Shown: positions 1 to 12,257 of the stretch, in pieces
Numbering within the stretch: position 1 is the first letter of the stretch
Layout: every line of letters starts with the position of its first letter
Assembly (NCBI GenBank): GCA_002269645.1
Contig: NIVC01001529.1
Location: forward strand, 41,577-105,576
Reading direction: 5' to 3'
Source of the DNA: Macrostomum lignano
Lineage: Eukaryota
Length of the DNA stretch: 64,000 nucleotides
Notes under the pieces: model-generated
The model's input: the letters and a program-made list of their open reading frames with translations, nothing else
Told to the model about the DNA's origin: nothing
Database searches by the model: none
Position numbers and translations under genes: made by a program

Positions 1-380
1 CATGGCTCTACTCTCACCTCCCCTTCTCTCTACTCTCACCTTCCTCTTCTCTCTACTCTCACCTTCCCTCTCTCTACTCTCACCTTCCACTGGCTCTACT
101 CTCACCTCCCCTCTCTCTACTCTCGCCACCCCCTCTCTACTCTCACCTTTCACTCTCTCTACTATCATTTTCCTCTGGCTCACTCTCATCCCCTTCTCTC
201 TGCTCTCCCTCCCCTCTCCTAATCTCACCTTCCTCTTCTTCTACTCTACCTTCCCCTTCTCTCTGCTCTCACCTTCCCTTCTTTCTACTCTCACCTCCTT
301 TTCTCTCTACTCTCACCTCCTTTCTCTCTACTCTACCTTTCCCTGACTCTGCCTCTCACTTCCCCTATCTACCCCTCACT
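1..380. repeat. CT-rich low-complexity repeat (ctctactctcacc-like) in the Rac intron
   Basis: Degenerate ctctactctcacc units; the 114-aa ORF here is an artefact of the repeat. Confidence 0.85.
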
Positions 381-422
381 TCAGTCACGCCACCGGCAAC
401 CAAAACTCCACTGCACTCTCAC

Positions 423-599
423 CAGCGGTATCCCACAGGCACAGGTTGACAGACTTCTGCTGCACCATGACATTGGCGCTGTAGGTGTCGAACACGGTGG
501 GAATGTACTCGTCCGGGAACTGGTTGGTGGCGTACGAGATCAGCAGGCAGGTCTTGCCCACCGCTCCGTCGCCGACAACCACGCACTGATGGACTGCAT
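423..599 (-). CDS. Rac/RhoG-like small GTPase, exon 1 (rest lies left of the window); 1-bp frameshift at 586/587
   Basis: ATG at 599 reads MQSI[AG = missing base of AAG/K][55 protein letters not shown]. This has the P-loop GDGAVGKT, switch I YIPTVFD and WDTAG. Donor G|GTGAG at 422. Confidence 0.9.
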
Positions 600-908
600 G
601 ATCGCGGATGAAACCCTGTTGGCCGTCAGTGGTTTAATAATAAAGCTCGATCTGCAGATAGGTTGAAGCAGCGAGGGGCTTTATTTTTCGCAAATTGCCT
701 AACTGGCGAAATCAGGACCAATTCTCCCGGCTTGGCAACGGACGCCTCAATTCGCCAATCGAAAAGACCGCTTCATCATTGGCTGCAACCGTTTTTGTCA
801 ACTAATTCTTGCGCTGAGCGGTTTTTTCAAATTTAAACTACTTTTAGTAGAGTGCATTGGTTTCAAAATTATAATTTGAGGCGCTTCCTATGAAATTCAA
901 ATCATACC

Positions 909-1016
909 CAATATGGCATCCTGTCACTCAATATGGCATCCTGTCACTCAATATGGCATCCTGTCACTCAATATGGCACCCTGTCACTCAATATGGCATC
1001 CTGTCACTCAATATGC
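909..1016. repeat. 20-bp tandem repeat (caatatggcatcctgtcact), ~5 copies
   Basis: Directly visible. Confidence 0.9.
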
Positions 1017-1085
1017 CACGTTCGTATTCTTTTCAAAATTAGTCATGACACTAACACAATCACCGTTCTTCATTCCCATCACAGA

Positions 1086-1371
1086 TACTAGAATAACTAA
1101 TATGGGCCACTCCGCACATTTGCGTGTAAGCTACTTTCAGTTCAGTAGTAAGTTAAATAGAAGCATTTTAATGTATTTTAAAAGCAAAGGCTCATTTTAT
1201 TGGCTCTTACCCCCTAGCTTTAAACCCTTCAACCGCGTTTTTCCACACTACCCCGACCTGCCCTCATTTTTATTGCCTTTCTCGGAATTCCAGCCTAAAG
1301 CTGCATGTACATTTCAGTGGACTGGCTGATGTACATTATTGCTGAACCAATTAGCAAGCTGTTTACGCCTG
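1086..1371 (+). repeat. Dispersed ~280-bp repeat, copy 1 (copy 2 at 44343-44621)
   Basis: Colinear identity, e.g. cacatttgcgtgtaagctactttcagttcagtagtaagttaaa ... ttttattgcctttctcggaattccagcctaaagctgc ... ctgaaccaattagcaag. Confidence 0.85.
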
Positions 1372-2534
1372 AGCTACACGTAGTTATTTTAAAATTTGTG
1401 ATTCCTACTGATGGTATAGCTGAACTGAAAGATGTGCTTTGATTTCTTCAACTCTGACCTGCATACAGTACAAGCGTAAGGCCGCTATTTCCGATACAAG
1501 GTATGAAATGTGTTGGCAAAAATGCCTTCATTCAGGCCTGGCGATGACCGATCGCTGCAGACTTTCCTAATCAATAAAAAGGCCAGGTGTGCAGGCTCGT
1601 CTCTGGAAATAGGCTACCACAAACTCTAAAATGCAGGCAGTGAGGCACGTTGGCAAAATTTGTAGCCCCCCCCCCGGAAGAAAGAAGCTACGCGGTGAGT
1701 GTTAAGCTAAATCAACTTCTATCTATTTGAGAGGCAGTTGTTGGCATGAACACTGCTTCATGGGTTAATAAAAAGCTATTTATAGTACAGCTTTGCCTAT
1801 ATTTGTCTTTGACAGTAAATATGCATTCATTTGTCACCCAATCCGACATGAATAAATGGTGGGAAAATCTTGACAGAAATTCTTTCAAGGTCAAGAAAAT
1901 AGAAACGATTTGCTTCAACAATGTTTTCTCGCAAGTCAAGAATATCTTTAAAAGGCATGAGCAAATTTCTCTCGATTTCCAAGACTTTCTAGCAAGAATT
2001 TTTAAGCAAAAGTGCGATTTTTATTCACTTAATTCATTTTCTATTATCATTAAAACACAAAAAATTCTCATTTTCTTGCAAGAAAAAACTTTCTCTTTTT
2101 CTTCATGCCGCCCAGCTTTGCAACTCTTTCGCACCGAAGAGAATGGCAAATAGTGGTGAGGGGAGACAGTCTCAGAGAGCTAATAGGCTGTAGTAGCTTA
2201 GGCGAGAAAGTGTGCTACTCTCCCCGAGCGGATGCCAAACAATTGAGCATATTTACCCTGGCAATTTAAATAATAACTCGTAGACAACGTGCCTGCAAGC
2301 AGTGCTTGCAAGTTGCAACCCAGATTTGTAGACCCACGTGCTGGCTGAGAACAGTTTGAGTTTCATTTAGTTCAAATCGGACAGCTCTACGAGTATATAT
2401 AATTGGAGGAGAAGACTTCGCTGCAGGGTCGCTCAGCCGCTGAGTTACCAACTGCACAAGTGGTCAAATCAAATCGATAGCTCACATTGTTGTTAAAGAG
2501 CTCACTTGCTGTCAAAGAGCTCAAGGCACTCGCC

Positions 2535-4608
2535 ATGCGATCGGCCTCCGGGACTTCGAGAACCAATCTGAGCAGTCTCTTGATCCGTTTAAATTCCTCC
2601 TTATTGGCCTATCGGTTGTGGCACTTCCACTTGTCCGCCCTGCTGTTCTCCTTAGTGCTGCTCTCCTGCGCTGTCATGATGCTGATTAAGAGTCAAATTC
2701 GCATTGATGATGGGCACAGCAGTTTCATTGCTCTGCAACAGGAGGTGAGGCTGTCGCTGATGGAGAGACGCGAAATCTCAACGCATTTTTCGCTCCAACT
2801 GCATTTTGGCAGCTCTGCAAGGGACGTCGCTCCACCTGTGGTGAAGAAAATTCACTTCATGTACAAGAGCTTTCAGGTTGACGCGCACTTCAAGTCACTG
2901 CTCTCTTCTTGGAGGTAAGTTTACTCTATTTAGCTAGTGTAATCGAGTCACTGTAACTGTAAGATCTAGAGGAACAATGTGATGCTTTCCACCTGAAACA
3001 ATACCACCACCACCACCACCACCACCACACCACCACCACCACCACCACCACCACCACACCACACCACCACCACCACCACCACCACCACCACCACCACCCA
3101 CCACCACCACCCCCACCACCACCACCACCACCACCACCAACAACAACACAACAACAACAAACAACAACAACAACAACTACAACAAATACACCACTCGCCG
3201 GCCACGAGTGGCCAAAACGGGGGAGGTGTCAGAACGCACACCTTTGGGCCGCAATTCTCAAAAAAGTCAGCAAATTGAGGCGATTCAATCTGGCTGGTTA
3301 AGTTATTCTGTCGGAGAGTCGCTACCGCGAGCCCTGTTACATGACCTGCTGTTATGAACGGCGGAGGGCCGGCGAAGACGAGGCCAAGGACGAACGACGC
3401 GCTACCCGAGCTGCTCCTGAGGGATGCGAGAGCCCCCTTTCTGACTCGGATTGTGGAAGCCAAGACAACACCTCAAGCTAATGCATGCTTCAGCAATCAC
3501 CAGAGCAGTGCGGTCATTGTTTAGCCTAAGATATACAAGTAGAATCCTTGGCTGACACGACAGATTTTTTATCTAGTTTGTCACACATGACTTTAAATAA
3601 TTGTCAAAAAGCTTACCATGCTTCACAGCCTTAGAATTACAAACACAGCTAAAAATAAAAAGCATACTCTCGTGCTGCAATTTGAACTTCATGCACCCAT
3701 GCGCCATACAGAAAGGTGTACCCGGACTACCAAATGTATTTCTGGACGGACGTAGAGATCGACCTGCTGATCAGTAGCCGCTACCCAGCCTGGCAGGACA
3801 TGTACTACCGACAGCTGTCCAACTACATGGAGCGATCGGACGCCGCCAGAGCCTTCGTGCTGCACGCCATGGGTGGCTGGTACGCCGACCTCGACACCGG
3901 CTGCCTAAGCCGGGCGGACCAGGCCGCCAAACACGCTTTGATCTTGCCGCTGGAGCCCTACCTGCACGCGCTGAACCACTTCCACATGCGCCGGTTGGTG
4001 AGCAACGCCATCATGTACAGCGCTCCGCAGCATCCGTTCTGGATGTTCTACCTGCACCGGCTGCGACAAACTCTGGCCGGCAAGAAGCCGAGACGGAGCA
4101 CCTTGCTTGCCGTCGTGATGACGGGACCGGTGCCGCTCACGGAGGCCGCGCTCATGTTTCAGCAGGTAATCACAAATTGCTCAGGTGTGTTTTAGGTTTA
4201 ACCTTGAGACAGTGATACCGCTTTCTTTGCTCACCTCTTGTGCATCCGCAGGCGCATCAAGATGAAGGCTGTCCCGGACCTTGGTGTCCGCACCTGCCCC
4301 CGCCAGTGCAGTTCCTACCGTTTTACGACAACAGCACGTTGGAGTTGAGAGCCCGCTTCCGCTTCCTGTGCACCCGAAGCCCGTTGGAACGGCTGTTCGA
4401 CAGCGTCGAGTTCGAGGACGAGTGTCGCCGCTTTGAGCAGCACGGCTTCGCCAACCCGCCGCTGGACCCAGCCGAGTCGCACGCCTATCACGTGTTCGCG
4501 CACCTTAACGAGAGGAAGAACGACAGCGGCGTGAAGGCAGACGTGAGGAAGTGGAGGCTGCAACTGCTGCACGGGAGGCGCCTCGTTGCTGAACTTAACA
4601 TACTGTAA
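2535..4608 (+). CDS. Glycosyltransferase family 32 (DXD sugar-binding, OCH1/SUR1/A4GALT-like), type II membrane protein, 396 aa
   Basis: Exons 2535-2914, 3712-4165 and 4252-4608 have GT-AG introns and matching phases. N-terminal TM anchor LSALLFSLVLLSCAVMMLI; KKIHFMYK...SWR|KVYPDYQMYFWTD; RSDAARAFVLHAMGGWYADLD (DXD); SNAIMYSAPQHPFW; TGP motif. Confidence 0.85.
3001..3185. repeat. (CAC)n/(CAA)n microsatellite in GT32 intron 1
   Basis: Directly visible. Confidence 0.95.
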
Positions 4609-5632
4609 AGTGACAGATGTTTAAGAGCAGTGGTTGCGGCTAGTGCACGCGTACTCGTGCTTTCTTTGTCTTTGAGACAACAAAATTCTATTTACTACCT
4701 GCAAAACAGAAACAGATTCGGGAATTTGGCTCTCGCCCAAATGTTCTCTGGTTGGTTCGAATGCCACTCGGCGCACCTCAGGAGAGCCAACCCTCAGGAC
4801 AACGTGTTTCAACTACCTGACGATGAGAAAGTCACAGCCCGCAGCCCACCCCGAGCAAACAAACCGTTTAATTGTCTCGGAGCAACATTTGCTTCCTATA
4901 GTAAAATACACCTTGATTAGCCCAATGTATGTCAAATAAATGACGTCTTCCATTGCAAATGCATGAGCCTACAAACCCTAAATACAATAAGAGACTATTA
5001 ATCATAGTTATTTTGTATACTTTTTAATGCGGATCTGTCTAGGACCTCTAGATGTTCTTCTTCTTCTAGAAGTCATAACTTCTAGTGGTCTTTGATGAGA
5101 CTATGAGTATGAGACTCAGGCGATTCATGAATCGTTTTAGGTATAAAAGGATTATCTTGACAGATTAAGCGGACGAAAATGCAGTGCAAATTATATTAAA
5201 TTTACTCGCTGTTTGAAAGTTCAGGTTTCGAGCTAAATTAAACTTTTAGAAACTGGCTTTCAGACCGGACGTTCGCTGCCAGTTCATATTGCCATAAATG
5301 CGATAAAAAATCACACATTTCAAGCAAACGCACATCATTCAAAGCAGCAATGCAGGTTGGCACGGTCCAAACCAGCCTCAGCATCTGCGCTTGAAATCCT
5401 GCGGTTGAATTGAAACGCACTAATGGCTACCAATGGCTAGCTATGGATCGAAGTACACCCCTGCATGCACAACTGACAGGCTAGTTGTTAGAATCATGTC
5501 TATCCATGTTTACGCAGAATCCAGCCTAACATACAGTTTCGTGTGCCAATTCTTCCAACATAAACGTTTTGCCACTCGCAGCGAAGCCAAAGCAGCATTG
5601 GTTTCGCAGAGCTGCCCAACAGGCTGCCAAAA

Positions 5633-8600
5633 ATGTTCGGCGACTTCGGCGACTCCGACTTCGCAGATTTGCCTCCACCGCCGCCTGAGTTCGCCGACGA
5701 GTCGCCGAGCAGCCGCCTGCGCAGCCTACGGGCGGCTCAACTTTCCGTCCGTCTTCGACAACTTCTGGCGATTTTCGCGGCAGCTTAGTTGAGGATAGGA
5801 AGTTCCTTGACGACTACTTCTGCAACCTGACGCGCACTGAAGCCCTGGAGGCTCTGGAGGCGGTTCAAATGGTATTTTTGGCGAGGACTTCTGGGTTTTA
5901 CGAGCTAAAATGCCAAGTATAATCGCGTCTGCAAAATTCTAAGGCTGGTTTTACTATCATTAAAGTTATTCAGCATATTTATAGTTATTCATTTGAGCCC
6001 ATTCCTAAAGAAACCAGAAGCAAAGCCGGACAATGTTCTTGTAAATGTTACAGGCCCCCAAAAGTTTGTTATATGGATTTGCAATGAGGGCAGAGCTGAC
6101 CTTTTAAATCGGTTGAGCCGTTTTTTTTGAAATCCATCAAATACCAACCATATGCATACAGATAACTCATTTTTAGTATATAGGACTAGCAATCTACGAG
6201 TAGTGCACCCCCCTTTGGGGCGGCCAATAAGCAGGGGACGAAATAGTAAAATGACCCAGTGACCGATTGACAGATCATTCGAGTCTCTCATACGAGTATG
6301 TATCTTACTACGTGTCAGATTGCAGTTGGTTTCTGCAATCAGATAAATCCCGGACATGTTTATCGATGCTAGGAACCGGTGGACAACTGTACTCCCAGTC
6401 GGTGGGCTCAGTCTTTCAAGTCCCCCGGTGAAAAAAAACATTGCAGGAAGGCGCCTACATTGTTCGGCCGGGAAGCGGCAGTCCCTACTGCATCTCATTC
6501 CTGCACGGCGGCGAGACGAAGCACGTGAAAATTCAGCGCAGCAGCAATGCTCAGTTTTTCTTAGGTGAAGCTAAAATTGAAATGGTGAGTGTCTTCAGCA
6601 CGATGTTCTGAGTAATTTGGCTATTCCATCTTGAGTCTATATAGGAATATTTTCGTGCCATCCATTTTTAGCTGTTCGACTCTATGTCTCAGCTGATGGA
6701 CTACCTGACTAAGAATGTCATCCAAGGTGTCAACGGAGTTGTGTTTCGATTGATTATCAACGCCAAGCCCTACTCGCAAAGGCAAGTGTACAGTTGATGG
6801 ATAGTGAACAGAAACTCAGCTTATAAGAATTCATTGCATAGGCACTGCTTATCCATATGATGTGCCAATTGTCAATCGCACGGAATCCGATGTCGGGAAT
6901 CCGACATAGATCCTAAATACCCGCACAGACATCCTGACGGTGACTGTTTCAGGTAAAAATAGCTAAAAGCCATACATGGTAAGAGATTCCTTTGTAGCCT
7001 GCAGTCAAATCCCGTCGTCCCAGCCGAGCCCTACTGCAGTGTCAACACTGGAGATTACTGACTCAATTAACTTAACTACTCAATAAATTTCAGCCTCGGA
7101 GTACACAGATCGCAGCCGTCTCCCGGCATTGGCAATTCTCACCTGCCGTACTCTCAGCATCATCAGTCGCCGCCAGCGCGGGTACCGACAGCTCCCGAAG
7201 TCAGCAACGGTGGCGGTAGGCCGCCCATGCCACGGCGAAACTCCTCGTTTGCTTCTTCGTTCGGCGGTGGCGGCGGCGGCACCGAGTTCACCAGCGCGAC
7301 TCTGCCGGGACAGCCGGAGCAGTTGGGCGACAGTTTCAGCGCAGGAACCGGCCAGTCGCCGGAAAAGCAGCCGGAGGCGCCGCGGCTCCGGCCACTGGTT
7401 CAACAGCGCTACTATGGCGACGTGCGACGCGATGAAGCCGAAGCCCACCTGATGAACACTCGGATTGTGAGCGATGGTTTTATAAAACTGCTTACCGACA
7501 TCGTGGAAAGAAATCTAGAGAGTGAGACTAGAGACTGAGGAGAGACTAGGACAGAAGAGACTAGAGATGAGAGACTAGAGAGAGAATAGATATAGACTAG
7601 AGAGAGAGACTAAAGAGAGACTAGAGAGACTAGAGAGAGACCACAGAGACTAGAGAGAGACTAGAGAGAGACTAGAGAGGCCAGAGAGATACTAGAGAGA
7701 GACTAGATAGAGACTAGAGAGAGACTAGAGAGACTAGAGAGAGAGGCCAGAGAGAGACTAGAGAGAGACTAGAGAGAGACTAGAGAGAGACTAGAGAGAG
7801 AGGCCAGAGAGAGACTAGAGAGAGACTAGAGAGGCCAGAGAGATACTAGAGAGAGACTAGATAGAGACTAGAGAGAGACTAGAGAGACTAGAGAGAGGCC
7901 AGAGAGAGACTAGAGAGAGACTAGAGAGAGACTAGAGAGAGACTAGAGAGAGACTAGAGAGAGACTAGAGAGAGACTAGAGAGAGACTAGAGAGACTAGA
8001 GAGAGGCCAGAGAGAGACTAGAGAGAGACTAGAGAGAGACTAGAGAGAGGCCAGAGAGAGACTAGAGAGACTAGAGAGAGTCCAGAGAGAGACTAGAGAG
8101 ACTAGAGAGAGGCCAGATAGAGACTAGAGAGAGACTAGAGAGAGGCCAGAGAGAGACTAGAGAGAGGCTAGAGAGAGACTAGAGAGAGACTAGAGAGAGG
8201 CCAGAGAGAGACTAGAGAAAGGCCAGAGAGAGACTAGAGAGAGGCTAGAGAGAGACTAGAGAGAGACTAGAGAGAGGCCAGAGAGAGACTAGAGAAAGGC
8301 CAGAGAGAGACTAGAGAGAGGCCAGAGAGAGACTAGAGAGAGACTAGAGAGAGGCCAAAGAGAGACTAGAGAGAGGCTAGAGAGAGACTAGAGAGAGACT
8401 AGAGAAAGGCCAGAGAGAGACTAGAGAGAGGCCAGAGAGAGACTAGAGAAAGGCCAGAGAGAGACTAGAGAAAGGCCAGAGAGAGACTAGAGAGAGGCCA
8501 GAGAGAGACTAGAGAGAGACTAGAGAGAGGCCAAAGAGAGACTAGAGAGAGGCTAGAGAGAGACTAGAGAGAGACTAGAGAAAGGCCAGAGAGAGACTAG

Positions 8601-9497
8601 AGAGAGGCCAGAGAGAGACTAGAGAAAGGCCAGAGAGAGACTAGAGAGAGGCCAGAGAGAGACTTGAGAAAGGCCAGAGAGAGACTAGAGAGAGGCCAGT
8701 TAGCACTAGAGGGAGAACCAGTAGAAAACACTAGAATTGTGGGCGTTAGTTACTATCGAAAAGCACCTTACTGGCGACACGTATACAGCATCCTGATTAG
8801 ACATTACACTGTTTCATCGTGCAGAAAGAGCTTCTAATTTATTACTCTGAAATAATTAGTCTCAGAATTTTCCAAACGTGTTTACTATCGATAAGACTTT
8901 TATCGACTTGCTTGCACTTTTTCCTACTTGCACAGGAGGGCCAGTTCCTGGTGCGGCCCAGCAAGGCCTCAGCCTACTGCCTGTCCGTGTTTCACAGGGG
9001 CCGAGTTGTTCACCTGAAGATTGTGTGCGTTTCCAATCGCTTCGTGTTGGAGCAGCTGCTTAACGATGGCCAGGTGAGAATTGAGTGATTTTTAGCGCGA
9101 TTTCTGTTTGTATTTTCTTCTGCACATGCGGAACCGAGAGGCAGTGAACTCAGTGAACTCACTCACTTCGCGTGTTCGCTGCATGTTCATTGGCACCTGA
9201 GTCAGTCAGCAACGCCTTCAGTCCTCTAGTGTCTTCACTTCAAGTTTATGATTTAAGCCAGTACCCGTATCGGTACCCGTATCGGTACCCGTATCGGTAC
9301 CCGTATCGGTACCCGTATCGGTACCCGTATCGGTACCTGTATCGGTACACGTTTCATTCTCTTTCGCATCGACCACAACTGCAAACGCATTGCAGACGTA
9401 TGCCAATGTGCCCGATCTGATTGACTCCTTGGCCCTGAGCCAGCGAACTCTCACTCTGATGAACGGGGACTCCATCGTGCTCAGAATGATGGACTGA
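5633..9497 (+). CDS. Tandem SH2-domain adaptor-like protein (apparent frameshifts near 5707 and 6780-6900)
   Basis: Exons approx 5633-5871, 6447-6584, 6672-6781, 6842-6952, 7094-7466, 8936-9073, 9396-9497. SH2-1: DDYFCNLTRTEALEALEAVQM|EGAYIVRPGSGSPYCISFLHGGETKHVKI...|LFDSMSQLMDYL. SH2-2: RYYGDVRRDEAEAHLMNTRI|EGQFLVRPSKASAYCLSVFHRGRVVHLKI...|TYANVPDLIDSL. The middle exons are less certain. Confidence 0.75.
7545..8700. repeat. GA-rich minisatellite (agagagactag/agagaggccag) filling an SH2-gene intron
   Basis: Directly visible. Confidence 0.95.
9261..9349. repeat. 12-bp tandem repeat (gtacccgtatcg), ~7 copies, last SH2-gene intron
   Basis: Directly visible. Confidence 0.9.
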
Positions 9498-10178
9498 ACT
9501 CAGCCGATGATGCCCTGCAAAATCACCGACAACACGAGAAAACTTGTCTATTCAAAGCATAAGAATTTTAAGGAAACTTTACTCCAGACACTGAAAAGTT
9601 AACTTCACCACTTTTGCAAGTCTGCCTTCACCGATTCGTGTTTGAAACTGGGATTCAATTTTCCTCAAAAGTTTGGTCAGTCGGTGAAAGCGACCTGTCA
9701 AAAGTTTGAACTTAATTGATCTTTCGTGTAACATTTGGCCCCGTTTTTCTATGCTGACAGTAAATAATATGCTGCATGCACCGTTGATGCCACTTCAGTA
9801 GTATGAATGGTGAAATGTCAACTAAAAATTCATTCATTTTATGAGACACTAGCTGATGTTACTCGCTTGGGATAATGCCTGTTTGATTAACTGCCTGTAC
9901 ATGTACATGTGAATCGTTAAAGAGAATCTAAGTCGAGATCTGACTTCGCGAAACAAATGCCAAATTGATTTCAGTTTTATTTCATCTGCAGTTGTTCTGA
10001 AGCATCGGAAAACGCTTTGCAAATATAATAAATTTAAACTCTGCAAAAAACGATTCGAGTTTTACGCTGAATTGGGTTCCGTAACCAAAGAATGTGGTAC
10101 CAGTGTCAGGCAATCTGGGAATAAAATTAGTCGACTCAATCAGACCCATCATCAGTTGCATTAGAAGTTGAAGCAAGC

Positions 10179-11381
10179 TCAAAGCAGTGAGCAGCAGCAT
10201 TGCTGCGGATAGTCCGGAAAGTACACCCTCCGGTCCAGGCCATAGACAAAGAACTTGCCGCCCTGGTCCTCGAACTTCCAGTCCACTTCGGTGACAGGGG
10301 TGGCGAGCACCGTGTGTCGCATGGCCAGGATGCGACCCTCCTTGCTGTACTTCGCCGACATGGCGGGCAGCAACTCCTTGGAGAACTGGACGATGCACTG
10401 CTCGGGAAACTCGTTCAGCGGAGTCAAAACCTCGCCCTCGTCGCGGTACATCTCCTGACCTTTAACCTCTGACACCAGCTTGTCGGGCAGGGCGGTCTCC
10501 TCGTGGATCTTGTCCTCCTGGTGGGCCTCCCACTTGAAGTGATTTCGCACGCACCATTTGAGCTTCTTCTGCCCGGAGCAGGTCTTGCACTTGTACTTTC
10601 CCGAGCCGTGGCATCGGCCGCACGCGCTCTGGCCGCTGCCGCCGCAGGACCAGCACGGCACCTCGCCCTCGGGGCCGGCGACTAAGCCTCCACCATTGCA
10701 GCCGGAGCAGGGAAAGTGCGCCTGTCCCTTGCAGTCGCGGCAGCGGACCTGGCCCTTGCCCTTGCAGTACCAGCACTTGCGCACTGAGGCCGTGTGCGGC
10801 ACCTCCGCTTTGCGCTTCTCCTCCTTCCACTGCTGCTTCGGCAGCATCTCCATGTCCCAGGGCATGGGCGCAGCTCCGGCCGCCGGCGGGTCCAGCTTGT
10901 CGCCCTTCTTGTAGCCCTGGCTGATCCACTTCACCTTGCGCACCTCGACGAACATCTCGCATCGGTAGATGAACGCGTTGGTGAGCTTCAAGTTGCTGAT
11001 TGACATCCCCTCGGCGGCGCTGGAGCGCCAGCAGGCCTGCGAGTTGACGAACTTCAGCAGCGCTGCCCGCACCTCCGGTTCGTCCATTTTGCCGACGTCT
11101 TTGGGCAAATCAATCGGCGTCGCCTTAGCCTCCTTGGTGACCGAGGCGGCCGGAGGCGGCAGGAAGCGGGTCTTCTTGCGCTCCTCGCCCTTCTTTCTGT
11201 AAGCTGGCGGCCCGATGATGCTCTCGTAGGCGGGCACCTTCTCGGCGCGGTACTTGTGGTCCTTGCCCTTGGCCGCCTTCTTGTTCATCTTCTTCTGCTC
11301 GTCTGAGCTGGACGACGCCAGCGAGGTCTCCGACGAGGAATAGTCAGTGTCAATTTCTAAAACGCCGATCTTGAAGCCCAT
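10179..11381 (-). CDS. SSUH2: Protein SSUH2 homolog (DnaJ-type CxxCxGxG Cys-rich), single coding exon, 400 aa
   Basis: ATG at 11381 (MGFKIGVL...); PMPWDM; EVPHTASVRKCWYCKGKG followed by five further CxxCxGxG-like repeats; C-terminal FFVYGLDRRVYFPDYPQQCCCSLL typical of ssu-2/SSUH2. The ORF extension to 11804 does not look coding. Confidence 0.85.
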   Translation of the reverse strand: MGFKIGVLEIDTDYSSSETSLASSSSDEQKKMNKKAAKGKDHKYRAEKVPAYESIIGPPAYRKKGEERKKTRFLPPPAASVTKEAKATPIDLPKDVGKMDEPEVRAALLKFVNSQACWRSSAAEGMSISNLKLTNAFIYRCEMFVEVRKVKWISQGYKKGDKLDPPAAGAAPMPWDMEMLPKQQWKEEKRKAEVPHTASVRKCWYCKGKGQVRCRDCKGQAHFPCSGCNGGGLVAGPEGEVPCWSCGGSGQSACGRCHGSGKYKCKTCSGQKKLKWCVRNHFKWEAHQEDKIHEETALPDKLVSEVKGQEMYRDEGEVLTPLNEFPEQCIVQFSKELLPAMSAKYSKEGRILAMRHTVLATPVTEVDWKFEDQGGKFFVYGLDRRVYFPDYPQQCCCSLL

Positions 11382-12257
11382 TGTGCTGCTTCGCGGTCGC
11401 TGGTGAGTTTGATTTGCCGATGCAAATGCGATGCGATGCCTAGTCTTATTTATATTGATGAAGCCACCGTCACCATGGCAGCAGCCACAGCGGGGGCAGA
11501 GATGGAGGTGGAGGCAGATAAGGCAGAGTGAGCAGTCTGAGAGTGAGCAGTCTGAATCAGAAAAGAATCTTACCGATGCGGCCTGCACAATGAAAGCTTT
11601 ATCGTGCAGAGTAAACTTTGTTGCTATGGCGACGCCAACGCTCACTCTGCGAGATGCGCCTCCTTCTCTCCTCTCTCCCCTACACGCATGGTAAATATAG
11701 CAGAATACCTCTCTGCGGCTCTGCATTACCAAAGGCAGACAAGATAAAGAGAAACATTTGGTTTCTTTTCGAGCGGCTGCAGTGTGCTCAAGTCTTTGAG
11801 ACATGACAAACTAATCTTGCTTCGCTGTGATATTTTCATTCACTTGCGTCAATTAGGTTTCCCTAGCGCCTCTTCTATAATGAAGCTGCTGTGTCAACTG
11901 TTGGGAACTATTTGCAATTGCTATGGAACCCTGCGTTGCTAATGTCAACAAATTAGTCTGCCAGGCATTGCCGACAGGCAGCTGAGATGCTGGAATCCTA
12001 GTCTATTCAATTTTAAATTGTTCATTTGAGATTAGGCAGCACACAATGGTTTATGCACTCTTCACGGACAAAGGGCGGAAATCCCCTCGGCCAGGTACGC
12101 CTGATTTAAGATATCTGGACTAGGAATAGAGATCTGAGTGTACGCTCCACTCCCAATCAGAGCTCTGTGACCGTTCCCTGATCTTAGCACGCCTCCCTCA
12201 GGGGCTCCTGATGCTACCAGTATTGCATGCGATGCCCACAGCCTTAATCTCTTCATT

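Noticed and set aside
4621-5420. Short ORFs between GT32 and the SH2 gene
   Set aside because: No recognisable motif or consistent splice phase; likely UTR or promoter sequence.
11382-11804. 141-aa N-terminal extension of the SSUH2 ORF
   Set aside because: It starts at a non-ATG codon, has non-coding composition, and a likely acceptor lies just upstream of ATG 11381.
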